Assembly: GCA_976226885.1 (NCBI GenBank)
Contig: OZ320316.1
Location: 94,922,001-94,986,000 of the forward strand
Origin: Iphione sp. A-MEVVRFRX5
Taxonomy: Eukaryota
DNA: 64,000 nucleotides
Reading direction: 5' to 3'
Shown here: in pieces, positions 1 through 14,116 of the stretch
How the letters are laid out: every line of letters starts with the position of its first letter
Numbering within the stretch: position 1 is the stretch's first letter
Made by a program: the position numbers and the translations under genes
Notes under the pieces: generated by a model
Told to the model about the DNA's origin: nothing
What the model saw: the letters and a program-made list of their open reading frames with translations, nothing else
The model's database searches: none

Positions 1-1531
1 TTTGTGTCTCTAGCTGCCTAACATCTGCCTTCCCCCTGAAGCTACTTTCAGCTTCGTCTACTCTTGCTGTCCAAAACTAAGGGATCGATAAAGTAATTCC
101 GCGCCCACCACATGACCTAGACTTCCCATTAGAGGCCGCCCTAGAGGCAGAGAGGCTGGCCACCATATGCATGACCTGAGTGCAATCCTGACCCTTTAAT
201 GGGTGCTAAGGCATACGGCGGCTGGTACGTAGTACGTATGTATGCCGGGCTGATTATCACTTAGTATGTTGGTATATATGTATGTATGTACATGGGTGTA
301 TGAGTATGTTCTAGGTCGATCTGATACCGTCATGGGACTGGGTAACACCATCAAAGGAGCGATCTTTGATGGTGCTTTGTAACATAATCGTAACTCAGGT
401 TCATGGCCTACTGCCAGAGGAGTACAGGTTGCGAATAAGATAGAAAAGTAACCGACAGATAAGTAGGGTGGAAAGGATTATAGACTGACTAGCAGTGTTG
501 GGACAGAGGCAAATGAGACACAATTTAGGCCCCACGATATCTACTGGTTTAAAGAGAAATCGACACACTCCGCAATCATGCACAGGCTGGACGGGGCGGA
601 GAGGCTCAGAGATTCAGCCTCCCTTTTACCCTGTTCTATGAGGCTGGTCAGACTGTGCTGAGGACTGTTCGACACCCATTAAAATTAGTCGAAGGTTTAG
701 ACCCAGATGGTAGTAGAGGTACGCAACTAGACACGAGGCGACTGACAGGAGTATTCCGGCCGCGCCAAAGTGATGTCATGCTGCCTCACCTGATGACGTC
801 AGAGTGACGTCACGCTGGTCGGACGATACCCTGGGGGTTGCTGAGTCATTGTTTGATTTGAATAAGGGGTTTTCCGATAATAATTTCCTCGCTTTTGTGA
901 TTGTAGATATCACTTTTCAGTGTTACTGAATGAGGATGACTAAATGTTAATCTCAGAATTTAGAGTGGGACGACTCCCCATAAAGCGACTCCGAGTTTTA
1001 GATAAAAACATGCGGACAATATGCTCCACCAGCTGTTTGCCACATTACAAAGATTGACAGTGAATTGGACAGAATTTCTGTCCCGGTACAGTTCGGCAAT
1101 TATATTGATTACTTTGCGTTCTTGTTTTAATTTTCAAAATAATCACGTTGATTTTTCTTCGTGTATTGAGTACATCGATCTTTATTGATATTCTAAGCGA
1201 TAGTTCTGAACGTGATGGCTAGGAAGAACTTACTGCCTTCGGGTAACCCCCGGCGCTAACCGCTCACCTTTCCTCATTATACTCAGCATTTAAAAATGTA
1301 AAGTAGGATGTTACAACCTCTGTCTAAGCGAGACTCTCGTTACGGTTTGAATACTTTTTCAGCATTGCATGAGAGTTTCGGTATACTTGCATATTATTCA
1401 GGTTGAATTGTAGTGTTCACGAAGCACAGCCATATTAGATGCATTGTGTTAGAAAGTTCCTTTCAAATGTAATTCACAGGCCATGTTTGGTCAGTGTGAA
1501 GTGATACATCTAATGCTACTAAATTCATGTA

Positions 1532-1615
1532 CAGGGGAACCTTACTTTGCGACCACCACTTGGGTCGGCCAAAAGTGGTCGTAATTTTGAAAATGGTCGG
1601 AAAGCAATAATTTGT
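1532..1615. mobile_element. Short Tc1/pogo(Tigger)-like MITE remnant
   Basis: TA|CAGGGGAACCTTACTTTGCGACCACC start resembles Tigger-type termini. The right end reverse-complements to TACAAATTATTGCTTTCCGACC (partial TIR), with internal GACCAC/GTGGTC inverted motifs. Confidence 0.35.
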
Positions 1616-1959
1616 ATAAGAATACATCTACATGTATTTATATTACCCATGATATAAAGAGAAGGTCGATTGGTTTGCTCCTCGGCATGGCTAGGCCTCC
1701 AACCATCAGGTCAGGTACCCGGAGCAGGTAGGGCAGATGGACTAGACCTGGATCTAGGTTGGATCAGTATTATTGGCCGGAGGGCTCCGATGTAGACATA
1801 CAGTGTTTGTGGCCAGACACGGAGATCTGGTCGGTAAGATGAGGTCGTTGGTGCCTAGAATAATTAACACTGGAGTGTGTAATAATTCCTGTCATCACAT
1901 AGGATCCGTGTCTGTGGTTGTGTGGTTGTATGTATTAGTGTGTGATTTGAATGTATACG

Positions 1960-2165
1960 ACAAAAATATTCCAGGGGAAGGATGGAGAGCAGGAAGAGTA
2001 GGAGTAGTAACAGATAAATAGGCGAAGCAAGAGTGAAAGGGCATAGGATACAGGAAATAAGATAAAAATAGAGAATAGGAAGAAGGGAATGAGAGACTAC
2101 AAAAGAGGCTATGCGTGAATGATACAGATGGTAATGCAAGAGAAAAAGAAGCAGTCATGACACTG
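1960..2165 (+). repeat. Purine-rich low-complexity tract
   Basis: Sequence is almost all A/G on the + strand. It explains the spurious F/S/L-rich minus-strand ORFs 1864-2139 and 1895-2179. Confidence 0.75.
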
Positions 2166-2785
2166 AGACGTTTTGACAAGCCTTAAGGTATACAGAAAGA
2201 CATCTAGACTGTTTCTTATTTCGTATTCCTGGAGCCATATATAATCACTCAAACCACACAAATGATCTTTGTCGTATCCACAGGTCTTGCAGTCACTCTC
2301 AAATATCTCAACAGGAAATCTCCACCAAGTCAAATGTCGTAGCCAATCATCATACGCCTTCTACCCTCCCCTGCCCCTCCCTTCGCTTTTAATAGGCTTT
2401 ATTTGACCATGTTGTCTATGCTAAATGTTACTTTCATACCGAAAACAGCGTAACGAGATGCTGAGGCAACCGTATTGCTGAGTTCATCAGTGTTTTATAT
2501 ACTGAAATATACAGGAAAACTCCGTTGCAATTGCAATTGCCTGTTGTCCATATTTCTGAGCTGCCCATATGAGGCAGGGTCCAACTGGACACTATTCCAT
2601 AATTATCCCTTATGAACCAAATGTGCAATACATAAATGGAAAACAGCAAAGTGTGGATTTTGGTAGCGCTGCGCTATCAGCTAATATGTGACTCTCTGAG
2701 GGTAATTTGGCCATCAAACAGCAGTTCAAAAAGAAAGATGCTTAGTCATCATAAAATACTCAGCCTTAACTTTTGTATTTCGCAG

Positions 2786-2956
2786 GGACAGAGCCCGAGC
2801 TCGAGACAATCAAGAAGTGTACGCCCCTGTACGGCCAGCCGTCCTGGTGGGGGGAGGAGCTACACGAGGAGGAGGAGGAGCTGAAGGATGCTGCGGCTGC
2901 CAGTCAGCCGCAGGCCACGCCCACCGCCACGCCAAGCCATTGTAATCATCTGCCTG
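2786..2956 (+). CDS. CEP170: CEP170-like, first exon visible in window (gene is 5'-partial; FHA exons upstream)
   Basis: Acceptor ttttgtatttcgcag|, donor |gtaag at 2957, phase 1-1. Encodes TPLYGQPSWWGE, the hallmark CEP170-family motif just after the FHA domain. Confidence 0.9.
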
Positions 2957-3012
2957 GTAAGACATTTCTGTTCTTGACAGTCTGTCTCTTATTCTCTCTC
3001 TCTGCGTCTCTC

Positions 3013-3184
3013 NNNNNNNNNNNNNNNNNNNNNNNNNNNNNNNNNNNNNNNNNNNNNNNNNNNNNNNNNNNNNNNNNNNNNNNNNNNNNNNNNNNNNNNN
3101 NNNNNNNNNNNNNNNNNNNNNNNNNNNNNNNNNNNNNNNNNNNNNNNNNNNNNNNNNNNNNNNNNNNNNNNNNNNNNNNNNNNN
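3013..3184. other. Assembly gap (172 N) within an intron
   Basis: Run of N bordered on the left by CT-rich microsatellite-like sequence. Confidence 0.99.
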
Positions 3185-3227
3185 AACAAAGACTTTATGT
3201 GCCATCGTTTTTCTCGTCTCTGAGCAG

Positions 3228-3760
3228 ACAGAGACCGGCGGCCCGGTGCGGAGCGCACGGGCGCTGAGCGACCCACCTCTTTGGCGCTCGAGCGGCCGGG
3301 CGGCAGCGAAGGTAGCGCGGACACCGTCGATGCCGACGATATGAGCAAGTACAAACAGGACCCGCGCTACGCCGCCCTCCACATGGACCCCCCGCAGCGT
3401 GACGGTGATAAAAACCAAAACGGCGGAGGCGGAAATGATAGCCCACCAGAATCGGAAGTGACCACCGGAAGTGATCACCATCGGCAGCGCCGATCGTCGC
3501 CATCGGGCGTGCACACGCCGCCGGAGAAGGACGTGAGCCCACCGCCAGCGTCCGACGACAAATCGACGAGCGCGAAATCAGGCCCGATGGCGTTCACTAT
3601 TGACCTTGGTGACGACATGGGAGGGACGCCTAAACTCAACATGAAGAACAGTCTAAGCGAATTCCTCCCTCACAAGGTCAGAAGGTCATTCCGTTCAAGG
3701 TCGGCTAAGGGCAGCAGGAAGGGAAGCGAGGAGAAGGAGGACTCTCCTGCTAGCGGAAAG
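3228..3760 (+). CDS. CEP170: CEP170-like exon
   Basis: Acceptor tttttctcgtctctgagcag|, donor AAG|gtaatg, phase 1-0. Open frame DRDRRPGAERT...RPTSLAL...MAFTIDLGDD...SGK, in phase with both neighbours. Confidence 0.85.
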
Positions 3761-4228
3761 GTAATGGAGCAGTAAGAATTCACGAGAAGACAATTATTGG
3801 GGCATAATTACTCAGATATTAAAGAATTGACATCTAGCAAATATAACTCAATGGTGATCTTTATTTAACGCATATTATTTTTCACTTCCCTCACCTCAAA
3901 CAGCAGTTTTTCTGCAAAAAGAAAGTAGGGCTTTAGTACTCTCATGTAAGTTAATCCTCGGTTATGTGTTGACATTCAGACAGTGATTTCAGCCTTTCCA
4001 GTATGTACCAAACCTCTGCACACCTGTCATTATATACTCTTTGTGTAAATATAGTGAAAGATATACATGTATTTACTCATTTGTATAGTGTTCTTGATGT
4101 CAACCTTTGCACTTTTTGTCCAGCAGTCTGTCAGTATTGTTATTGGAGTTGTGTGTGTGTTTATGCTTGTATGTGTGGTATATTTCACATCCACGCATGT
4201 AATATATGTCTACTTATTAATTTTGCAG

Positions 4229-4361
4229 GCGTCAAGGGATGGCTCGCCGATGAGACACGCCAGATCAGAGGCTCAGTACCATTCTGATGGTGGCCAGAAC
4301 TCTGCGGTCTCCAGCGACAACGAGGACATTAGTATACGAAGTGACACAGTCACAACAAGAG
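4229..4361 (+). CDS. CEP170: CEP170-like exon
   Basis: Acceptor ttaattttgcag|, donor G|gtgagt, phase 0-1. Encodes ASRDGSPMRHARSEAQ...SDTVTTR. Confidence 0.85.
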
Positions 4362-5904
4362 GTGAGTTCAGGCTTGTCGACTGACAAGTATACATATATA
4401 CACACAATACATACATACATAAGATTATCTCAATATATGCGGTTCCCCATGTATGCACTGCCCAGATTCACGTTTTATAATTTGATAGCACCTTCAGGGC
4501 CTGCACATGGTGCCCATGGTGCCTTTATTTATATCCTTGTCCACCTGAAGTAAGCTAGGCAATATATAACTGACAATGTCTCAAAGTGTCTGATTAGCTT
4601 TAGGTCACCGATCTACTTTCATGAGATGTTTGAATAGCATTGGTGTTATCAACTCGTGCTTATAATTAAACTCCTAATGTACCCTAATATATAGATGCTC
4701 CCTGATTGAATATTCGCCCGTGGCCACATGCAGGCTGAAGCCGTATATTACTCCGTACTTACGTATGTCCCTCCCTTCTCCCAACAATGGTAGTGGACCG
4801 AAGGTGAGGTGGCGTATCTCCCTGTTTCCTTTTGTATGAAAGCTAACCCCCTTCTACCCCTCTCACGCAGAACTCGTCTCAGGTCAGGGTATTTCCTTTG
4901 GCCTGATGTTTATGGAGGCTGATGTACCTCCTCCACCTCCCATGTTTACCTACAATCTCCTCAGTGGTAGGTAAAGGGGTAATAGTTGTAGTGGAGTGTC
5001 CCATTGTAGGAGCAGTATCTACATGCACAGTGTACAGGGATTTCTAACTACAGTGTGTCTTTCTGTGCTTCCATGTACTAAATTGTGCATTGATTGTCGC
5101 TAAGAAAAGGGCTTGAGATCAAACGATTAGATGTAGAAACACTCCACAGCTCTAGCAGTAGGTTCTCGTAAGTAAAAGTGTCTCCTTTGCTAATATTTTC
5201 ATTGTAAAAAGTTCGTCTGTTTTCTAACAAGTTCAGGTAAGATCAGGTCCGAGGGAGTACAATACTATTTACGTTGATCAACCACACAACATATCTAGTT
5301 GCGTAATATCACTATTAGTATTATAACTTAATTACTTAGGAGACTTTGAAACACTCAGGTTTAAGATATTCCCTCTAAAAACTCTACTGATATTCCCTCA
5401 AAATACGAATACGAATTTGAAAAGATTCTTTCGTGCTATTCATTCTTTAGTGGTCTGATATGTACGCCTCCTGGCGGACTTCACTCTAATCCGTGTCCCC
5501 CTGATGAGTAAAGTTAGAACTAATATTGTACGACCGAAATGAAGATCCGTCCTTCTAACAACGGAATCATTTGTTCTGTAATGGATTCATACCGCATTTT
5601 TCATTTACCTGTACTATTCACAATATAGCTTTTTCAATTAAATTCCGTTTTAAAAAAGGAGTTTTTGTAACACGCTCAGATCCCCATTGTACTCTTGTAC
5701 TCCCAATGGTGTCATCTACAGATACTGAATGTCGAGTTTGTAACTTCTCTTTTAATCAGCTGACCTTGTTATAAAAGGTAGACAAAGAGAATCTCCTGCG
5801 CTCAGACTGATGGCAAGAATCCTGTACCTGACTGATATTTGCTATCATTATCCATCGGTACCTTTCTTCTGCTATTCCCTATAACTGTCGCACGTTGTTT
5901 CCAG

Positions 5905-6707
5905 CCAAGCGGTCGTCAAGTTCACCCCGCACTCGTTCCACCGCCCGCGTGGCTCGTCGAGAGCGGAGTCAGCAGCAGCAGCAGCAGCAGCAGGGATCGT
6001 CGACCTCCCGCACAGCGCCGGTCGACAGGACCGCCCGACTACGTCAGCAGCCCACCTCAACCACCGACTCCACCAACTACCTCATCGACCGGATGTTCAA
6101 CCAATCAACGGGCCGCACCAGGTCACGTGACCTCGGCTCAGCGAATGAGGACACGGCCTCACCGCCGACCGGAAGTCCCATCATGTCGCCGTCGAAGCGA
6201 TCCCCGCTGTCGTCGGCGGTGGCTCTGGCGGAGCGGAAGTGGGACTCGACGACCTCGGAAACGTCACGGACGCGGTCTTCGCGCAGTCGCGATATTGTCA
6301 GCAGCGTCGGCGGTGAGGACAACGTCAGCGAGTCGGGCACCTACACCATCGAGAGCGAGTTTCAGAGTAGCGAGGTCGCTAAGGCGCGACAGAGCATCGA
6401 TGCCGTCTTCGGTATCGACGATGGGCTGCCGCCGCCGCCGCTACTGCGACCATCCTGCCTGCTTGACGACGTCAATGACGAGTACACGGACAAACACAGG
6501 GGCACGTCTGACGTGGCCCAGACCAACGGCGATGTCACAGCCGGAAACGACGATAGCGGCGTCGACGACGGAGTCAAGATTGTCAACCTTTCGGGGTCAA
6601 GGACGTTTGAACGACGCCGGAAGTTGACGACTGGCACCAGCATGGACGTCGAGGTGGGCAGCACTGTAAACGATGACGAAGTCCGAGAAGACGTTGAGGA
6701 TGATGAG
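5905..6707 (+). CDS. CEP170: CEP170-like exon
   Basis: Acceptor tgtttccag|, donor GAG|gtaaga, phase 1-0. Contains DNVSESGTYTIESE...ARQSIDAVFGI, matching the CEP170 'DxxSxxGTYTIE...ARxxIDxVFGV' motif. Confidence 0.92.
5970..5993 (+). repeat. (CAG)8 coding poly-Gln tract
   Basis: Eight CAG units in frame within exon 5905-6707. Confidence 0.95.
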
Positions 6708-7384
6708 GTAAGATTTCCGAATACAGTCGATTGTAGCTTATCTGTGGTTTGTATGGCTTTACGTCCCCGGTCACCAAATGATGTCCGTTGGTGTGTAAGT
6801 GTGGCTTTCTTGGTTGCTGGCTGTATTCAGGGGCAGCAGAGTGCACTCTCTCGATTGTCTTTATATCAACTACAGATACAACACCTTTCCTTTGAACCAT
6901 CTCTCATTCTTCAGGAAGTGCACGCCCAGTATGTCTGTTAATACCTTATATATCTGCAGCTCATCTTTGAATAAAGTGAGCTGCGTCAATGCTGCGTCAA
7001 CAAACAAACATCTATCAAAAAACGTAAATGCTGCTTGTTGTTATACCTCCAAATACTAAATGAACCAGACCAACAAGTTTACTGTCTGAAAGTGATTTGT
7101 TCCATAACGTTAAACAAACCGTCAGCTGACACAGAGAACATACTGACTACAAGCCGTAGACGCGACCTCATACAAACGACATAAAAGGCTATGTGCACTA
7201 TGCTGTCAATGATACTGCTGGCAGCCGGTCAGTGTATGTGTGGAGGGCGTGGTCCTGTCAGCTTGTGTGTAGGACGTGAACGGAATGATCTGTCACCTGT
7301 CGCCTCCAGCATGTTTGTATCTTTTGATTGGCATTGGTTTTTCGTTCATTTTAGTTCCTAGATACAAGAAAAATACTTTCAAAT

Positions 7385-7385
<1 letters not shown>

Positions 7386-7412
<27 letters not shown>
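7386..7412 (+). repeat. (CAG)9 intronic microsatellite
   Basis: Directly visible. Confidence 0.95.
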
Positions 7413-7415
<3 letters not shown>

Positions 7416-10400
7416 TAGCACAAACATAACAAAGGAAGCTACCAAATAATTTTAGTCGCGAGAAAAAATGACATAATAGATGTTCATGGACAGTTTATTT
7501 ACTAACATTGATATTACAACACATAGGACTTTTTTTGTGTGAAAAATGTCTCAGTCTTCAAAACTACCCATATTTCTCAATATATGATAGCTACATGAAG
7601 TACATGAAGTAATTTTTTTCACTTACCCATATACTTTTATCAGATCATTCATAGAAGCTCACATGCACATTTGTAGTATATTTTTAGCAGGGCTAGGGGG
7701 GGGGCAGCTTAGAAATTAGCGTACCCTCGACACTCTATATAAATCAGCATGGAATATAGACTTAACCTAAATGTAGCCCCGGTGCCTATTGGTGTAAGTC
7801 TAGATTACGCCGCCAGAAAACTAGACCTTCTAGTGATACTGAGATAAGAAACGTTAAGGTTTTCCTGGCTGGAGCTTCAGGCCAAATCAGACCAGCCAGG
7901 CTCCGAGAGGATGCCAACTGGCTTATGCTACGGGACTGGCCGTGATAATTTGAGAATAACACGGGTCGAGGGAAGTACAAATCTTTGCAGTTAATGTACT
8001 CTGTTCAGGGTTTCTCACCCTTTTTCTTTCTCTCTCTTTCGTCTCTGTTTTCGTCTCTCTGGTCTCTTTCTATCCAATTTCTGTCTGACTTCTTTCTTCC
8101 GTGGTTTTGACTTTGATTTTAAATCTCCATATCACGGCCTTTATTTTATGATATTCTCTCAGCTCGCTTAGAATCTCTGGTGTTCTGTGTCTCTATGGAA
8201 AGGCCAATCAGTCAACCTGTGTCTCCCTCTTTGCAAGCTGTCTCTGTATCAAATGCAGGCAGCTCGAGTCATTCGACACACTATTAGTCGATAAGTATGA
8301 TCTCCAACATGTCCCATATCGAGGGTTCATTGTATATTTGCCAATCCCCTCAGAGACATCGCGAGACGTGGTACATAGAGGGTCTTGTACATTCGGGCAT
8401 TCCCTCTCCTCAAGTTGACATGGCAGTAGTATGTGTGTGAGTCTGTGTGCGCATGCGTGCGTGCGTGCGTGTGCGTACGCGCATGTGTGTGTGTCTTAAA
8501 ATTTATATGAGCTCATTTACTGCAGATATGTCAGATATAATTAGATGTATGAGGTTCATATCTATGGTCCCACCCTCACATCCATCTACGTAGCTGTAAG
8601 CGGGGACTCCCTAGGCAGGAGTGTTTGTATGTGGGTCTGGCAGTACGACTCAGAGGTGTAGTCCGTTTGGACTACATTGTAACCTGGAAGGCTTACTCCG
8701 CCCGGTCTCTGATTGGTTAGTGGCCAACTTGTGGCTCTCTCGCTGTTGGTTCCTTACAGCTGGACAGTCTTCCGTCTGCTACACGAGATACCAGTCAGGA
8801 AGGTACGGATCAACGTACCGGGACTACTCGTTCCGAATATTTCGAGTCGAAGGAAAGTGGAATCTGGAAACTGGTCTTGAATCGTAGGTCAGTTTCTGCG
8901 AGTATGACCAGGACAGCTCTAAAACAGTGGAGGCTTCTCAATTGAAGTCTTATCTGGAGGGCTAAATCTCAGAGGACATACTCCCACACTGCTACATTAT
9001 AAACTGTACATAGATACACCTGTTCGATGTAGTTCATGAGGACGATTTAATAACAGTTCCAGTTGTTTATATTACTCGGGCACAGATAGGAAACGCTTGA
9101 CTACTCTTGTGTGCATTTGATCGGGAGGGAATTCCAGCGTAGGCGACTCACACAAGAACTCCGATTTTGCCTACTTTAGGTTAGATAACAGACACATTAT
9201 TGTCATATCGACTGAAATGACACTGTGGATTATTCCTGTATGCCTAAGGAGTAGAGGTTTACAGACGCCCGTTACTATGCCTCGGTGAAATAGTGCGCGT
9301 TCACTGCAGAAGCGAAATCCCCCCTGAGGAGGAGGAGGACTCGGAAAAGCGTAGCCTTACAACCACTACGCATCGATTAAATACCATTCTCTCACAGAAG
9401 TTTACTAGATTAATCTCCCGCCATGAGATTTTATCGTGTGTATTTATTCTCCAATACTAACCAAGCATAGAGTTCAAGGACTGTGATAAGGCTCCGGAGT
9501 TGGATCCAGGGATCGTTGGTATGGACCCCCACGAGTGCTGGGATCAGGAGGTCCTTATCAATGTGAGCGATAATTTGATAATAGAGGAATCAGTCCATTG
9601 GCATATCTGTCAACGCAACACTGGCGCTGACACCCGCAGATCTGTCCGAGCTGGTGTAGAGAGTATTTGACCATTTGTAGGGCGGTTCCAGACGTTGTGG
9701 GCTACCTGTAAAAGCGTATACATATATCACCACGTGAATGGATCTTAGGATTTACTAGGTCTTTGGAATGCTAAATATTTAAAGAAGAGAAAACCAGAGA
9801 AGCGTACATTTTACCTACTTGACGTGTGAAAACCTGTTGAACTCCCCTGTAGCTACAGGCAAGGTTTACCAGCCTATGCCTTGATACCGTGGTTATTTAC
9901 CATGGAAAGATCTGACTAGTGAAGTCGGTTGGGCCTCGTGTATAGGTATTAACGTTACAAATATCCATTTCTCTCACAATTATTTTACGAACTCCTAGAA
10001 GACCAATACGGAGGATTACTCCTAACGGAACATAGCATTCACTCTCAGCAAGAAAATCTCCAAAGGTCTCATCTCCTCAACAAGGATCACCATGATGATT
10101 GGTAATTGATAAAGATGAAATCTCATAGAAATTACCCAAGACTGACAAGAAAACTAAAGTGAAGTAAAACAGGTAACTACAATATACCGCGACCATAATG
10201 CTTCTAAAGACCCCAACTAACAGGATGAAAGGAATCTCGTCTGGAAACATATTTCTGCGGGTAGGTGAAAGTTGTCTGATATATATTCAGTTTTCTTTTG
10301 CTTTTATTTTCAGTTCCTGATTTTAGTGATTGTTTGTCACTGAATTACACGTAATACCGACTAGTGATTCAATGCGATATAGGCAAATGATGACAGCTCG

Positions 10401-11029
10401 GTTGTCTATGCTCAGACTATACACGTGCACAAGCCACTGTCCGTTTCTTTAGACGATAAGTTCGTTTTATATCAGCTGGAACCTTGAAAACTCACCTCCC
10501 AAAATAAGCATACTGCTTAGGTTTAGCGACAATTTAAACTTCAGCATACTGTCTCTGTATCACTACACCTATTTTGCCCAGCACATGGACTGAAATAGAC
10601 CAAATTATACCACAGGGATCTTGGTATTGCTTAGGATGTCTATAAGTAATGCGAACTCTTTATTCTGGATATACAGATACACTGTATACTACCTCTGTTT
10701 GTGGCACCTATTATAAAAGCATACACTCATGTGTATATCTAGTGTGGTAATCCTGTACGGCAAAGCTTACACAAGAATGAATGGAAGAGCCACAGCAGGC
10801 TCAGCACACGAGGCGGTAGTAGTTCTGGTTGTTGTAGCCTTTCCTTAAGTCAATAAAGACAACAGAGGCCCGCAGGCAAGCCGTTAAGGAAACATTGACA
10901 TACCAAACACCAGCGAGGTGAGATCTGCGGTTGGGGTGTGGAAGATGACCTTCAGGGGCCTCGGAAATTCAAGCCAAACTTGTACTGCTGGGCCTCATCG
11001 TGGCAGGAGGTGGTACAGTGGAAGGACGG

Positions 11030-11310
11030 AGAGGGACATATTTATGTAGTATATATAATAGAGAACATAGGAGAATAGTAGAGAATAGTGTAGAAATGAC
11101 TGAGGTACTAACAGACAGCAGGCAATCAGAAAAGGTGCAGGAAAGAAAGAGATGTAGAAGATGAGAGAGATTAAAGGAGAGGTAATAACAAGCAACAGAG
11201 AATAGAAAGTAGAGGAGCCCTCATAGAGAAAAAAAGTACTGCAAGAAGACAGGATGGAATGCGACGAAAAGCGCAAGGGGGAAAACGACGTGGTCAAACT
11301 AAAAACAAAG
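11030..11310 (+). repeat. Purine-rich low-complexity tract
   Basis: A/G-dominated + strand; source of the spurious ORF 10995-11318(-). Confidence 0.7.
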
Positions 11311-14029
11311 GAGGCCAAGTTTCACTGACGCAAAAGTAGACATAGACGGTACGGAAGGAGGCGCAGGATGACATCGAAAAAGAGCTGCGTATGCAACCCG
11401 AACAATATTGTGTTTACAAAACAAAACCTGCCACTGGCTTGCACTGCCTCACCAACCGAGGCACCTGGCTCCTCACAGCCAAAAAGAATCTGAAAATGTT
11501 GCCCTAATATCTCTAAATCAGTAGTATGACATATATGCTGGAAGGGCGCCCCGCTTTACAAGTCACCTTTCACTGTGATCTTAGATATATTTTCTTTAGA
11601 GATCATGATTCAAACCTTATTGTTGACAGGTTCTCCCGACACTCCCTCGGTCCTTGTCGTAAAATTAGATTTGTACAGCAGACTTCAGTCGCTGTATAGG
11701 TGGTGTTATGTTCCTTCTCTACCCTGGAGGGCTCTTGCCTTTGGCTTGTTGTTATTACTCTTTACTGATTGCTACCAATGAGTGAGTGTAATACTCATAA
11801 GCAGCGTATGTAGGTCCCCCTTTGTAGAGGCTAGTTAGTGTTCTAAATGGCACCTGCAGTAGGTAATTTGAAGCAGTCATTTTAAGGAGTACTGCAGTAG
11901 TGAATACGAGACAAAATTTGACAGATGTAGAACCAGAAAAGGGGACCCAAGGTTCAATGGAACACGTTCACAAAGTACTGAAAATGCTGGAAGTATGGTT
12001 ATCGGTTATATGAGACATTTGATGACTCACTTAATGGGGACATAAATATATGGGGGCAGTCAAAAGCAAAGCATTTAGCTAGGGCATCATGTGACAAGTC
12101 TGATAGATTACCAATTAAAAACCAAGATTAGCACGATTAATCTGCCCACCGAGGAAGAAGAACATTTAATTTCAATTCTAAAGTGACTTGTGAAGGATTT
12201 CAATAAATAATTATAACACTAGGTTTGTAACCTGGGAGTTCGCCATGATCTGTCCCCTGCCCTTTCATGACTGTCTATTCAAGAAAACGTGGTTTAAAAT
12301 GGCCTAGCATTTTAGAACACCCATCAAAACTGGAGTGCAGCTGCCCATAGTTTGGAGGAAACTGTAAAGGAGAGGCACCTTTTTGCTAAGATTCCAGAGG
12401 ACATACTCATAAGTATGACACAATTTAGGTAAACAGTTTATTCTGCTTGTAATTACGCTATGCATTAACAAATCCTGTATTAGTGTCATATTCACATCCT
12501 TACAGTAACTGTACTGTTTGTCAGTTAATATCGATTGCAAATCTCATGTTGTTTGTAGCATTGTTTGAAAGGAAGATATTGTTTAGTGTAAATACACATG
12601 TGTATATTTATATTATGTATACCTTACAATTTAGGTGTTAATGAACCCTGTGAAAATAGTTGTGACCCTAGTACCAGGTATTTAGTAAATGTTAACTATA
12701 CACATATATTCCTGCCAGTCCCCAAAGAAAGAAAATGAATGTCTTCTAAGGTATCACCATCGCTTCATTCAGACCCCAGATTGTAGCGCAGCAACAATAC
12801 GCATTACTAAAATGAAAGAAAACAAACGACCTTTTTCTTAACAATCTTTTGTACCCAGCAGATGATCTAGGATTAAGTTTTGACTACTCTGTCCACCGAC
12901 CTTTCTACCCAGCTCCCTTCCTCTGGAACTGTTACCGTCCTGGCCCACTTGAACCTTGAGCATTTAACACTGAAGTACATTTACACTGTATCGTCACAAG
13001 TTCCTTATGCTACTGCTGCCACCTGTTGTCACGAAAGTGCACTATAGTCACCTCCATGTACCTCTCTCATATGTGACATCATATCCGCCTGACGTGACGT
13101 TTGACCACCAGTGGTTTGTCTCACCTTAGTTGTTTCCTTTCTTCTTTCTCTCCTAGTGCGTGCTGTTCTAGGTTTAAGGATTTTTTCTCCGTGTGGTGTT
13201 AATAGGAGTGTTTATGAGGTGTGGACTTCATTCTGAACGTATGAAGTAAACTTTGGAGTGTTTTGGACAGTCTAGTCTGGTGTAGATACGTTGTAGTTGT
13301 TTTGGAGCAATAGTTTTGATGCGCAGCAACTTATTGTCACATTGTCTTAGTGCAGTTGATGTTCTCTCTATATACTGCTTATTGACGCTTATAAAACACC
13401 ATTCTGATTTGTGAAAACACATAATAACGTTATACATGTATTATGAGTGATCTGAAAAACCTAACCGGGCGCAAGTTTACTACTAATATGTAACTCTTCG
13501 TTAGCCTACATCAGAAATAAATTGTTTATATTTACATTGATATGTGCTATATCATTGCATTCTTCTCAATAACCTGATTCCCAACCCACTGTTCATATCC
13601 CCATTACTAATCTCTTCTGATTGTAATACACTTCACCAGTACACTACCAATTTAGTAGGTGTCCATTTTTTTAAACAAAAGCTGATCTCCGGTCATTCCA
13701 TGAAGCATTCGAAAAAGGTTTTTCAAAATTGTTCCTTTAAGTTCAAAGTTTTTGAAAACATCATTAATTCAGAAAGAACAAACCGCGCTGATATTCTGAA
13801 CCATTACGATGTATGGACATAGCATCCTACTATCTACAATAACTTTCCGTGCTGAATTTCTTGCGCTAATACCAACTACATTTGCGAATAACTCGAACTG
13901 CTTTCTACCACCCTTCCCCGACCTACATGCACCCTTCAGTTAAGTTATCATCTTAACGTGCCCGGTCCGGTCTTGGTAATAGTTTCTCTTCCTCCACCTC
14001 ATATGTGGCAGCCGTTTTGTTTCGTGCAG

Positions 14030-14116
14030 GACTACAAGATTGTAGAGGTGCTATTTGACGGGGTATGGGCTTCCCCTAAACTGACGCGCCGCACCCCTGA
14101 GGTGCACTCTTACCAA
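14030..14116 (+). CDS. CEP170: Probable cassette exon of the CEP170-like gene (29 aa)
   Basis: Acceptor ttttgtttcgtgcag|, consensus donor CAA|gtaagt, phase 0-0, open: DYKIVEVLFDGVWASPKLTRRTPEVHSYQ. Skipping it preserves the frame. Confidence 0.6.

Noticed and set aside
2284-2400. Possible extra CEP170 exon after atctttgtcgtatccacag
   Set aside because: No donor in a phase compatible with the phase-1 acceptor at 2786.
5501-5545. CTGATGAG...GAAA hammerhead-ribozyme-like core (also checked near 2485, 15714, 37958, 46483, 52225)
   Set aside because: Stem II does not pair adjacent to the core, or GAAA is absent.
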